Shown: positions 11,009 through 20,438 of the stretch, one piece after another
How positions within the stretch are numbered: the stretch's first letter is position 1
Layout of the letters: every line of letters begins with the position of its first letter
Notes under the pieces: generated by a model
Told to the model about the DNA's origin: nothing
What the model saw: only the letters and a program-made list of their open reading frames with translations
Databases searched by the model: none
Made by a program: the position numbers and the translations under genes
NCBI GenBank assembly: GCA_034435615.1
Contig: DAOTWZ010000079.1
Location: forward strand, 1 to 48,976
DNA: 48,976 bases
Source: Dehalococcoidia bacterium
GTDB lineage: Bacteria; Chloroflexota; Dehalococcoidia; SM23-28-2; HRBIN24
Direction of reading: 5' to 3'

Positions 11009-11937
11009 ATGGAGGCGCAAGGCTCTGTCCTCCCCTCGAGTGCCATGGCCCCGCGACGAGTCCGAGTGCGCGTCCCGGCCACCAGCGCCAACCTGGGGCC
11101 CGGCTTCGATTGTCTGGGCCTCGCCCTGGACCTTTGGGGCACCCTCACGGTGACGGTAGGGGAGGCCCCGGCCACGGCCCAGCCCTCGCCCCTGGAGGCG
11201 CTGGCGGGGGCGGTCGTGCGACGCCTGCTGGAGAGAGAGGAAGGGCCGTCCCTCCCCCCCGTTCACGTCAGCTACGACGGCGGTGTGCCGGTGGCGCGGG
11301 GGCTGGGGGCCAGCGCCGTCGCCCGCGTGGGGGGCCTCCTGGCCGCCAGCGCCCTCCTGGGCTGTCCCCTGGACGGCGAGGCCCTCCTCCAGGCCGCCGC
11401 CGAGCTGGAAGGCCACGCCGATAACGTCGCCCCTGCCGTCTTCGGTGGGCTGCAGGTGGTGGTGCGCCGGGAGGACGGCCGCTACCTGCACCTGGGCCTG
11501 ACACCGCCCCCCGGCCTGCGGGCCGTCCTCTTCGTCCCCGACCGGGAGATGCTCACCAGCGAGAGCCGGCAGGTATTGCCAGAGAGCGTCTCCCGGGCGG
11601 ACGCCGTGTACAATATCGGCCGGGCGGCCCTCCTGGTGGCCGCCCTGGCCAGCGGCCGCCGGGAGGCCCTGGCCGAGGCGACGAACGACCGCCTGCACCA
11701 GCCCTACCGTGCCCGACTCTTTCCCCCTCTCATCCCCCTGCTACAGGCGGCCCGGGAGGCGGGCGCCCTGGGCGGCTACCTCTCCGGCGCCGGGCCCACC
11801 GTCTGCGCCCTGGCGGCCGAGGGGGCAGAGGCAGTGGCCCAGGCCATGGCCGCCGTCGCCCAGGAGATGGACGTCCCCGGCCGCACCATCGTCGTCTCCC
11901 CCAGCCTGAGGGGAGCGGAGGTTGTGGGAGGGAGCTG

Positions 11938-11938
<1 letters not shown>
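11009..11938 (+). CDS. thrB: Homoserine kinase (GHMP kinase family).
   Basis: The product contains VPATSANLGPGFDCLGLAL and a GHMP motif (GLGASAVARVGG). An alternative ATG at 11045 is possible. The stop overlaps the lysC start by 1 nt. Confidence 0.85.
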
Positions 11939-13158
<1,220 letters not shown>

Positions 13159-13189
13159 ACGGGCGCCGCAGCGGCCCGCAGCGGGGCGC

Positions 13190-13218
13190 GGCAGAGGGAG
13201 GCCGGGTCGCCCTCTGCC
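13190..13218. terminator. Hairpin between the convergent lysC and MBL genes (GGCAGAGGG-N11-CCCTCTGCC).
   Basis: The inverted repeat is a perfect 9 bp. Confidence 0.4.
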
Positions 13219-13242
13219 GTTGCGTGAGGCCGGCGCGGGCCG

Positions 13243-13980
13243 TCAGCTCCCGCCGTAGCCCCGCTTCAGCTCCGTCAGCAGGTCGGTCAGGGCGCGGGGG
13301 ACGTCACCCACCACCGCCGCCCCGTGCATGCAGGCCGCCACCCTGGGGTTCAGCGCTATCAGCCGCTGGACGGTAGCCTCGGTGTGGGGGCCTATGGGGT
13401 AGTAGGTGGTCTTCCACTCCCGCGCCAGGAAGGCGTTGGCCGCCAGCGCCTGCTCCACCACGTCGCCCCCCGTGACCGGGCCCGGGTTGCCAAAGTGGGT
13501 AAAGAGGTCGCTGGCCAGCAGGATACCCTCCGTCTCCTCGTAGGCCAGGATGGCGTCCCAGGCGTGGGGCACGTGGGGAGTGATGAGGTAGCGCACCCGC
13601 CGCCGCCCCAGCTCCAGCACCTGGCCGTCCTCCATCACCCGGGGCGGTCGGATGGAGAAGTCGTTCACGTTGACGATGGCGCCCACCAGCCCGCAGACCG
13701 GCTCCGCCTGGGGTGCCGCCTGCAGGAACTCGTTGAGGGCGCCGCTCTCGTCCGCCTCCCAGTGGGACCAGGAGATGTAGCGCAGCCGGGCGGGGTCCAC
13801 CACCTTCCTTATGGCCTCCAGGGTCTCCTGGAAGATGCCCCGCTGCCCGGTGTGAAAGAGGAGGGGCTGTTCGTCCAGGATCAGGAACTGGTTGAAGGTA
13901 ATGCCGCCGCCCGGGATGGGATAGGGGACGAAGGTGGAGATACGGAAGACGCCATCGGCTATCTCGTGCACCTCGGACAT
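13243..13980 (-). CDS. MBL-fold di-iron protein, flavodiiron-type lactamase-like domain without a flavodoxin domain (ODP-like).
   Basis: The 245-aa product carries the H-x-E-x-D signature (SHWEADESG) and downstream His/Asp ligand candidates (PHVPHAWD, DLFTHFG), as in the N-terminal domains of flavodiiron proteins. Confidence 0.6.
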   Translation of the reverse strand: MSEVHEIADGVFRISTFVPYPIPGGGITFNQFLILDEQPLLFHTGQRGIFQETLEAIRKVVDPARLRYISWSHWEADESGALNEFLQAAPQAEPVCGLVGAIVNVNDFSIRPPRVMEDGQVLELGRRRVRYLITPHVPHAWDAILAYEETEGILLASDLFTHFGNPGPVTGGDVVEQALAANAFLAREWKTTYYPIGPHTEATVQRLIALNPRVAACMHGAAVVGDVPRALTDLLTELKRGYGGS

Positions 13981-14117
13981 GGCTGTTCCTCCTCTCTGCT
14001 GTTCGGCGGGCGGGCCTCGGCCCGGGCCGCTGCCGGGGGCGGAGCAGTGGGGTCGTTCGGGGGAGGGCGGGTGACGCCCGGCCTGCCTTCGTCTCCGGAA
14101 CGGACGGAGACATTGTA

Positions 14118-14156
14118 GTGCCCCCGGGCGGGCCTGTCCACGCCACCCGGGGGCAC
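14118..14156. other. Perfect 11-bp inverted repeat GTGCCCCCGGG-N17-CCCGGGGGCAC.
   Basis: It lies 24 nt downstream of the LLM gene stop. A minus-strand TACAAT follows at 14117-14112. Confidence 0.4.
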
Positions 14157-14179
14157 ACGCTGTCCCTGGCAGAGCGCCC

Positions 14180-15106
14180 CTAGCGGAAGCGCTTCACCAC
14201 GTCCTTGGCCAGCACCTCCACGTGGACGGGGAACTCCTCCAGACGGGTGATGATGGGTACCAGGACCAGGTGCCGCACCCCTACCTCCAGGTACTGCTCG
14301 ATGCGGCGGGCGAAGTCGTCCGGCGTCCCCAGGACGACGTAGCGCTCCACGATGCGGTCGAAGGGCTGGTTGTAGCGATGGCTCAGGTCCCTGTTGGCGA
14401 TGCTCTTGGCCTCCTCGTAGGAGTCGGCCAGGCAGCAGAACTGATAGAGAGCGGGGACGATGCTGTCGGGGTCGCGGCCGGCCTCGGCGGCATACTGCCG
14501 CACCTTGTTCCAGCCATCGGCGAAGCGGCCAGGATCGAAGAGGTAGGGCATGTAGCCGTCGCCCAGGCGCCCAGCGCGGCGCATCGCCGCCTCCGAGCGC
14601 CCCGTCACCCAGATGGGCGGCCCCCCAGGCTGCACCGGCTTGGGCCGCAGGCTCACCCCCTCCAGCCGGTAGAACCTCCCCTCGTAGGTCACCTCGTCCT
14701 CCCTCCACAGGAGACGCAGCATGCGGATCGCCTCGTTGGCCCGCCGGCCCCGCTCCTCCACCGGCACGCCGCAGGCGACGAACTCCTTCGGATACTCGCC
14801 CCCCACGCCGATGCCCAGCACCAGCCTCCCCCCAGAGATGATGTCCACGCTGGCCGCCTCCTTGGCCGTCAGGGCGGGCGGCCGCAGCGGCAGCAGCACC
14901 ACCGCCGAGCCCACGGTGATACGCCGCGTGCGGGCGGCGATGGCCGCCATCACCGTGAAGGCGTCGAAGGTGGGAACGTAGAAGAAGATGTGCTCGCCCG
15001 TCCAGACGGAGTCGTAGCCCAGCTCCTCCAGACGCTCCGCCTCCTCAATGGGGACGCGCCCGGAGCCGCCCCAGGGGAGCTGCACGCCGAACTTTATCTC
15101 AGACAT
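14180..15106 (-). CDS. Luciferase-like monooxygenase (LLM-class) flavin (F420 or FMN)-dependent oxidoreductase.
   Basis: The product MSEIKFGVQLPWGG...LGYDSVWTGEHIFF...RITVGSAVVLLPLRPP shows the TIM-barrel LLM pattern. Confidence 0.8.
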   Translation of the reverse strand: MSEIKFGVQLPWGGSGRVPIEEAERLEELGYDSVWTGEHIFFYVPTFDAFTVMAAIAARTRRITVGSAVVLLPLRPPALTAKEAASVDIISGGRLVLGIGVGGEYPKEFVACGVPVEERGRRANEAIRMLRLLWREDEVTYEGRFYRLEGVSLRPKPVQPGGPPIWVTGRSEAAMRRAGRLGDGYMPYLFDPGRFADGWNKVRQYAAEAGRDPDSIVPALYQFCCLADSYEEAKSIANRDLSHRYNQPFDRIVERYVVLGTPDDFARRIEQYLEVGVRHLVLVPIITRLEEFPVHVEVLAKDVVKRFR

Positions 15107-15260
15107 CGGCCTCCTCCTGCGCCGGTCTTCTGTTTGAGCCTATGTTAAGCCTCCGCTCGGGAAGCGCCAATCCCCCGCCCTTGACAGGCCGTCCAGGGTG
15201 GACTTTTTCTATTAGCGCAGCCCGGGGGCTGCTCTTTCACCCTGACCCGAGGAGGGCATC

Positions 15261-16232
15261 ATGACAGTGCTGGTGACCGGGGGCAAGGGATTCATCGGCG
15301 CCGCGGTGGTCAAGCGGCTCCTCGCCTACGGCCAGGAGGTGGTGGTCCTGGAGCCCCGGCCCACCCCCGGCCGACTGGCGGAGGTGGCGAACCGCGTCCG
15401 CCTCCTCCCCGGCGACGTGACCGACCTGGGAAGCCTCCTCGCTGCCATGCAGGAGCACGGGGTGGAGCGGGTGGCCCATCTGGTGCTCTATCGCTCGGGC
15501 CCGGCGGGAGACCGGCCGGGCCCCGGCGGCCCCGGCCCGGAGGACCTGTACAACGAGATCACGGTGATGATGCAGGGCACAGCCAACGTCTTCGAGGCGG
15601 CCCGCCGGGCGGGCGTGCGGCGCATCGTCTTCCCCAGCTCCATCGCCTACTACGGGGCCCAGTGGCGCTTCGGCGAGCGCCCCCTCCGGGAGGAAGACCC
15701 CTCCCTCACCCCCTCCCTCTACGGGGTCTACAAGCACCTGGGAGAGGTGCTGGCCCACCAGTACAACCGCCGCTGCGGCATGGAGATCGTCTCCCTGCGG
15801 GTGCCCATCGTCTACGGGCCGGGAGGGCGCATCGCCGGCGGAGGCGTGAACCTCATCGCCACGGAGGGTGCGCTGGGGCGGCCGGTGGTGCTGCCAGGGG
15901 CGCCGGAGGACAGGGTGCTCATCGCCCACGTGGAGGACGTGGCGGAGATCGTGGCCCGGCTCCTCCTGGCGGAGCGGGTGAGGCACGAGGTCTACAACGT
16001 GGGCGGCCACACCGTCTCCTACCAGGAGCTGGCTGACATCCTGCGGGAGCTCCTCCCCGATGCCCAGGTCTCCTTCCAGCCTCAGCCGGGCATCGAGCTG
16101 CCCTACCTGGTGGACTGGGGCCGCCTGCGGGAGGAGCTGGGTTTCCAGCACCGGGACGTCCGCCAGGCCTACAGGGAGTTCATAGACCAGACGCGCCGCC
16201 AGGCGGGCCTGCCGCCGCTGGCAACGTCCTGA
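15261..16232 (+). CDS. NAD-dependent epimerase/dehydratase (extended SDR).
   Basis: The product contains MTVLVTGGKGFIGAAVVKRLL and YxxxK (YGVYKHLGE). The RBS is GGAGGG. Confidence 0.8.
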   Translation: MTVLVTGGKGFIGAAVVKRLLAYGQEVVVLEPRPTPGRLAEVANRVRLLPGDVTDLGSLLAAMQEHGVERVAHLVLYRSGPAGDRPGPGGPGPEDLYNEITVMMQGTANVFEAARRAGVRRIVFPSSIAYYGAQWRFGERPLREEDPSLTPSLYGVYKHLGEVLAHQYNRRCGMEIVSLRVPIVYGPGGRIAGGGVNLIATEGALGRPVVLPGAPEDRVLIAHVEDVAEIVARLLLAERVRHEVYNVGGHTVSYQELADILRELLPDAQVSFQPQPGIELPYLVDWGRLREELGFQHRDVRQAYREFIDQTRRQAGLPPLATS

Positions 16233-16317
16233 GCCACGGCCAGTTGCCATAACAGCCCTTGCCTCCCCGGAAGGGCCAGGGCCATAATAGGTCTTGTCTC
16301 TGCGGATTTCGAGCAAT

Positions 16318-19300
16318 ATGTTTACGCATCTTCACCTTCACACCGAGTACTCGCTCCTGGACGGGCTGTGCAAGATCCCCGCCCTCATGGAGCGGGTGCG
16401 GGAGCTGGGCCAGGAGGCGGTGGCCCTCACGGACCACGGCGTCCTCTACGGCGCCGTCCAGTTCTACAAGGAGGCCAAGTCCCGGGGCGTCAAGCCCATC
16501 ATCGGCGTGGAGGCCTATGTGGCCCAGGGCTCCCGCCACTCCCGTGAGCAGCAGGAGCGGCAGCCCTTCCACATGACCATCCTGGCCCGCAACAACCAGG
16601 GCTACCGCAACTTGATCCAGGTGGTCACCAAGGCCCACCTGGAGGGCTTCTTCTACAAGCCCCGCATAGACAGGGAGCTCCTGGAGCAGCACCACGAGGG
16701 GCTCATAGGCCTCTCCGGCTGCGTCTCGGGAGAGATACCGCGCCTCCTGCTGGCCGACCGTTTCGAGGAGGCGGAGCGGGTGGCCCGCTACTATCGTGAG
16801 ATCTTCGACGGCCACTTCTACATCGAGCTGCAGGAGCACGGCCTCCCGGACGAGGCATCCCTCAACCGCAAGCTCGTGCGCCTGGCCCGTGAGACCGGCA
16901 TCCCCCTGGTGGCCACCAACGACGTCCACTACATCCGGCGGGAGGAGTGGCAGCTCCAGGACATCCTGCTCTGCATCGGCACCAACAGTACGGTGGACCA
17001 GGAAGACCGCATGCGCATGGCCGGCGACCCTGCCTCCTACTACCTGAAGTCGGAGGCGGAGATGCGCCAGCTCTTCGCCGACCTGCCGGAGGCCATCGAC
17101 AACACCTGGCGCATAGCGGAAGGGTGCGACATCTCTCTGGAGTTCGGCCAGCTCCACATCCCGCCGGCGGAGGTGCCGCCGGGCCTCACGCCGGAGGAGC
17201 ACCTGGCCCGCCTCTGCTACGAGGGGTTGCGCCAGCGCTACGGCGCCCAGGCGGAGGCCGCCCGCCAGCGCCTGGAATACGAGCTGGACGTGGTGCGGCG
17301 CACCGGCTTCACCAACTACATCCTGGTGGTGTATGACATCGCCCGCTACGCGCGGGAGCGGGGCATCTTCATGGGGGTGAGGGGCTCCGCCGCCGCCTCC
17401 ATCATCCTCTACTGCCTGGGAGTGACGGACATAGACCCCCTGGAGCACCGCCTGGTCTTCGAGCGCTTCATCCACGACCAGCGGCGGGAGATGCCGGACG
17501 TGGACCTGGACTTCGCCGAGGACCGGCGGGACGAGATGATCCAGTACGCCGCCCAGCGCTACGGGAGGGACCGCGTCGCCCAGATCATCACCTTCGGGAC
17601 GCTGGGCGCCAAGGCCTCCCTGCGGGACGTGGGCCGGGCCCTGGGCATGAGCTACGCCGACGTCGACCGCGTCGTCCGCCTCGTCCCCAACCTGCCCCCC
17701 TCCTTCGGCGTCATCACCATTGAGCGGGCCCTGGCGGAGAGCCCCCAGCTCATGCAGGCCTATGAGGAGGACCCCCAGGTGAAGCGGCTGGTGGACACCG
17801 CCCGCGCTCTGGAGGGAGTAGCCCGCCATGCCAGCACCCACGCCGCCGGCATCGTCATCGCCCCCGAGCCCCTGACCAACTACCTGCCCCTGCAGCGTTC
17901 GCCCACCAGCCGAGACGATGCCGCCGCCCTCCCTACCACCCAGTACGCCATGAACGACGTGGCCGAACTGGGCCTCCTCAAGATGGACTTCCTGGGCCTG
18001 GGGAACCTGACCATCCTCCGCACCGCCCTGGACCTCATCGCCGAGACGCGGGGGAGACGTATAGACCTGGACACCCTCCCCGACGGCGACCCCAAGACCT
18101 ACGATATGCTCTCCCGCGGCGAGACCTTCGGTGTCTTCCAGCTAGAGTCGGCGGGGATGCGCCGCTATATCGTGGACCTGAAGCCCACCTCCGTCAAAGA
18201 TCTGGCGGCCATGGTGGCCCTCTACCGCCCCGGGCCCCTCCAGCACATCCCTACCTACATCCGGGCCAAGCACGGCCTGGAGCCCATACGCTACCCCCAC
18301 CCCGACCTGGCCGAGATCCTGGACGAGACCTACGGCGTCATCGTCTACCAGGACCAGGTGCTCCTCATCGCCCAGAAGTTCGCCGGCTACAGCCTGGGCG
18401 AGGCCGACCTGATGCGCAAGGCGATGGGGAAGAAGATCCGCTCCCTCATGGAGGCGGAGCGGGAGCGCTTCATCAAGGGGGCGGCCGCCCGCGGCTACTC
18501 CCGCAAGGTGGCGGAGACCATCTTCAACCTCATAGAGCCCTTCGCTGGCTACGCCTTCAACAAGGCCCATGCCGTCTCCTATGCCAAGATCGCCTACCAC
18601 ACCGCCTACCTGAAGGCCAACTACCCAGAGGAATACATGACGGCCGTCCTGCGCATGACCCTGCGCCGGCCAGACCCCACCCAGCGGGTGGCGGAGGCCT
18701 ACGCCGAGTGCGTCCGGCTCGGCATCCCCGTGCTGCCGCCGGACGTCAACCGCAGCCAGGTCAACTTCTCCCTGGAGGAGCACCAGGGGCGCTGGGCCAT
18801 CCGCTTCGGCCTGGCCAACATCAAGAACGTGGGCGAGGGGATGGCCGAGGAGATAGTGGCCGCCCGCGAGGCCGGCGGCCCCTTCCGCAGCGTGGAGGAC
18901 TTCTTCCGCCGTCTCCCCGCCGGGGCGGTGAACAAGCGGGCCCTGGAGAGCATGACCAAGGCCGGCGCCCTGGACTCCCTGGGCCGGGGGAGGGGCACCA
19001 TCCTGGCCCACCTGGACCGCCTCGTCTCCCTGACCCAGCGCTCCCAGAAGCTACGGGAGACGGGGCAGGTCAGCCTGTTCGACCTGGCCGGCCCGCAGCC
19101 CGAGCTGGAGACCGTCCCCATGGACGAGGTGGAGGTGCCCCTGGCACGCCAGCTCGCCTGGGAGAAGGAGCTGCTGGGGGTCTACCTCTCCGAGCACCCC
19201 TTCAGCCGGGCGGCCAAGGCCCTCTCCCCCTACCTCTCCTGCCACCTGGCGGAGGTATCGGCGGAGATGGCCGGCCGGGAGGTGGTGCTGGCCGGCTATG

Positions 19301-19896
19301 TGGCCCACACCCGCTCCCTCACCACCAGGGACGGGCGCCTCTTCTGCGCCGCCGAACTGGAGGACCTGTCCGGCGCCGCCGAGGTCACCGTCTGGCCCGA
19401 CGTCTACGAGGAGACCAAGCCCCTCTGGCGCCACGGCAACATCGTGGTGGTGCGGGCCCGCGCCCGTGAGCGGGGCGACGACCGCCTCCAGCTCAGCGTC
19501 CTGCGGGCCGTCCCCTATCGGGAGGGAGAGTTCGACCCGGCCGCCCTGGGGCTGCCCCAGAACGGCAACCGCCGTCAGGAGGAATCGCCGCCGGCGGAGG
19601 AGGCGCCGCGGCCGCGGCCCGGCCGGCGCGCCCGGGCGGCCAGCGGTGGCGCTCTGCGCATCGTCCTGCGGGAGACGGAGGACACCGAGGGCGACCAGGA
19701 GCGGCTGCGGCAGGTCATCAACGCCCTGCGTGACCACCCGGGCCAGGACGCCGTCACCCTCTTCATCCGCCAGGCGGACGGCGAGGAGGTGCAGCTAGCC
19801 CTGCCCCGGGCCCGCATCTGCCCGGAGCTGCTGGGCCGGCTCCGGGAGGCGGTGGGCTCCTGGGGCGACGTGGAGGCCCTCCAGGCCACCGCCTGA
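16318..19896 (+). CDS. dnaE: DNA polymerase III alpha subunit (DnaE1).
   Basis: The PHP domain begins MFTHLHLHTEYSLLDG, followed by a polymerase core, an OB-fold and a C-terminal tail. The ORF track's upstream TTG start at 16294 is unlikely. Confidence 0.95.
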   Translation: MFTHLHLHTEYSLLDGLCKIPALMERVRELGQEAVALTDHGVLYGAVQFYKEAKSRGVKPIIGVEAYVAQGSRHSREQQERQPFHMTILARNNQGYRNLIQVVTKAHLEGFFYKPRIDRELLEQHHEGLIGLSGCVSGEIPRLLLADRFEEAERVARYYREIFDGHFYIELQEHGLPDEASLNRKLVRLARETGIPLVATNDVHYIRREEWQLQDILLCIGTNSTVDQEDRMRMAGDPASYYLKSEAEMRQLFADLPEAIDNTWRIAEGCDISLEFGQLHIPPAEVPPGLTPEEHLARLCYEGLRQRYGAQAEAARQRLEYELDVVRRTGFTNYILVVYDIARYARERGIFMGVRGSAAASIILYCLGVTDIDPLEHRLVFERFIHDQRREMPDVDLDFAEDRRDEMIQYAAQRYGRDRVAQIITFGTLGAKASLRDVGRALGMSYADVDRVVRLVPNLPPSFGVITIERALAESPQLMQAYEEDPQVKRLVDTARALEGVARHASTHAAGIVIAPEPLTNYLPLQRSPTSRDDAAALPTTQYAMNDVAELGLLKMDFLGLGNLTILRTALDLIAETRGRRIDLDTLPDGDPKTYDMLSRGETFGVFQLESAGMRRYIVDLKPTSVKDLAAMVALYRPGPLQHIPTYIRAKHGLEPIRYPHPDLAEILDETYGVIVYQDQVLLIAQKFAGYSLGEADLMRKAMGKKIRSLMEAERERFIKGAAARGYSRKVAETIFNLIEPFAGYAFNKAHAVSYAKIAYHTAYLKANYPEEYMTAVLRMTLRRPDPTQRVAEAYAECVRLGIPVLPPDVNRSQVNFSLEEHQGRWAIRFGLANIKNVGEGMAEEIVAAREAGGPFRSVEDFFRRLPAGAVNKRALESMTKAGALDSLGRGRGTILAHLDRLVSLTQRSQKLRETGQVSLFDLAGPQPELETVPMDEVEVPLARQLAWEKELLGVYLSEHPFSRAAKALSPYLSCHLAEVSAEMAGREVVLAGYVAHTRSLTTRDGRLFCAAELEDLSGAAEVTVWPDVYEETKPLWRHGNIVVVRARARERGDDRLQLSVLRAVPYREGEFDPAALGLPQNGNRRQEESPPAEEAPRPRPGRRARAASGGALRIVLRETEDTEGDQERLRQVINALRDHPGQDAVTLFIRQADGEEVQLALPRARICPELLGRLREAVGSWGDVEALQATA

Positions 19897-20418
19897 GCCC
19901 TCCAGGGCCAGCAGGCGTCGCTTCAGCTCCAGCCCGCCCCCATAGCCCCCCAGGGTGCCATCGCTGGCGACGACGCGGTGGCAGGGGACGACGATGGCCA
20001 GCGGGTTGCGGGCCATCGCCTGCCCCACGGCCCGGGCGGCGCCCGGTCGTCCCACCAGGCGGGCCAGGTCGGCGTAGCTGCGCACCTGACCGCGGGGGAT
20101 GGCCCGAGTCGCCTCTAGGACGCGGCGGTGGAAGGGCGGCAGCCCCTCCCAGTCGATGGCCACGTCGTCGAAGGAGACGGGGAGGCCGCGGGCGTAGTCC
20201 TGGAAACGCCGGGGGAGGTCGCCCAGCATCTCGGGGGGAGCGGGGGCGCTGGCCCCCAGGCGGAGGACCTCCCTCAGCGCCTCCGCCTCCGTCGACCTGG
20301 GGAGGACCACCCCCCTAAGCCCCCGGGGGGACAGGACGAGTCCCACCCACCCCAGTGCCGTGGGGCACAGGTGATAGAAGAGGGGCTGCCTTCCGCCGTC
20401 CTTCGCTGCCCGTGCCAA
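19795..20418 (-). CDS. ogt: Methylated-DNA-protein-cysteine methyltransferase (Ogt/MGMT) with an approximately 34-aa C-terminal tail.
   Basis: The active site PCHRVV and an HTH region (VRSYADLARLVGRPGAARAVGQAMARNP) are present. The proposed TTG start at 20418 follows GGAGGAGGGA. The tail overlaps the dnaE 3' end convergently by about 100 nt. Confidence 0.75.
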   Translation of the reverse strand: MARAAKDGGRQPLFYHLCPTALGWVGLVLSPRGLRGVVLPRSTEAEALREVLRLGASAPAPPEMLGDLPRRFQDYARGLPVSFDDVAIDWEGLPPFHRRVLEATRAIPRGQVRSYADLARLVGRPGAARAVGQAMARNPLAIVVPCHRVVASDGTLGGYGGGLELKRRLLALEGSGGGLEGLHVAPGAHRLPEPAQQLRADAGPGQG

Positions 20419-20438
20419 GCTGCCGTCCCTCCTCCGCC

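Noticed and set aside
16180-17841. A 553-aa minus-strand ORF.
   Set aside because: It is antisense to dnaE.
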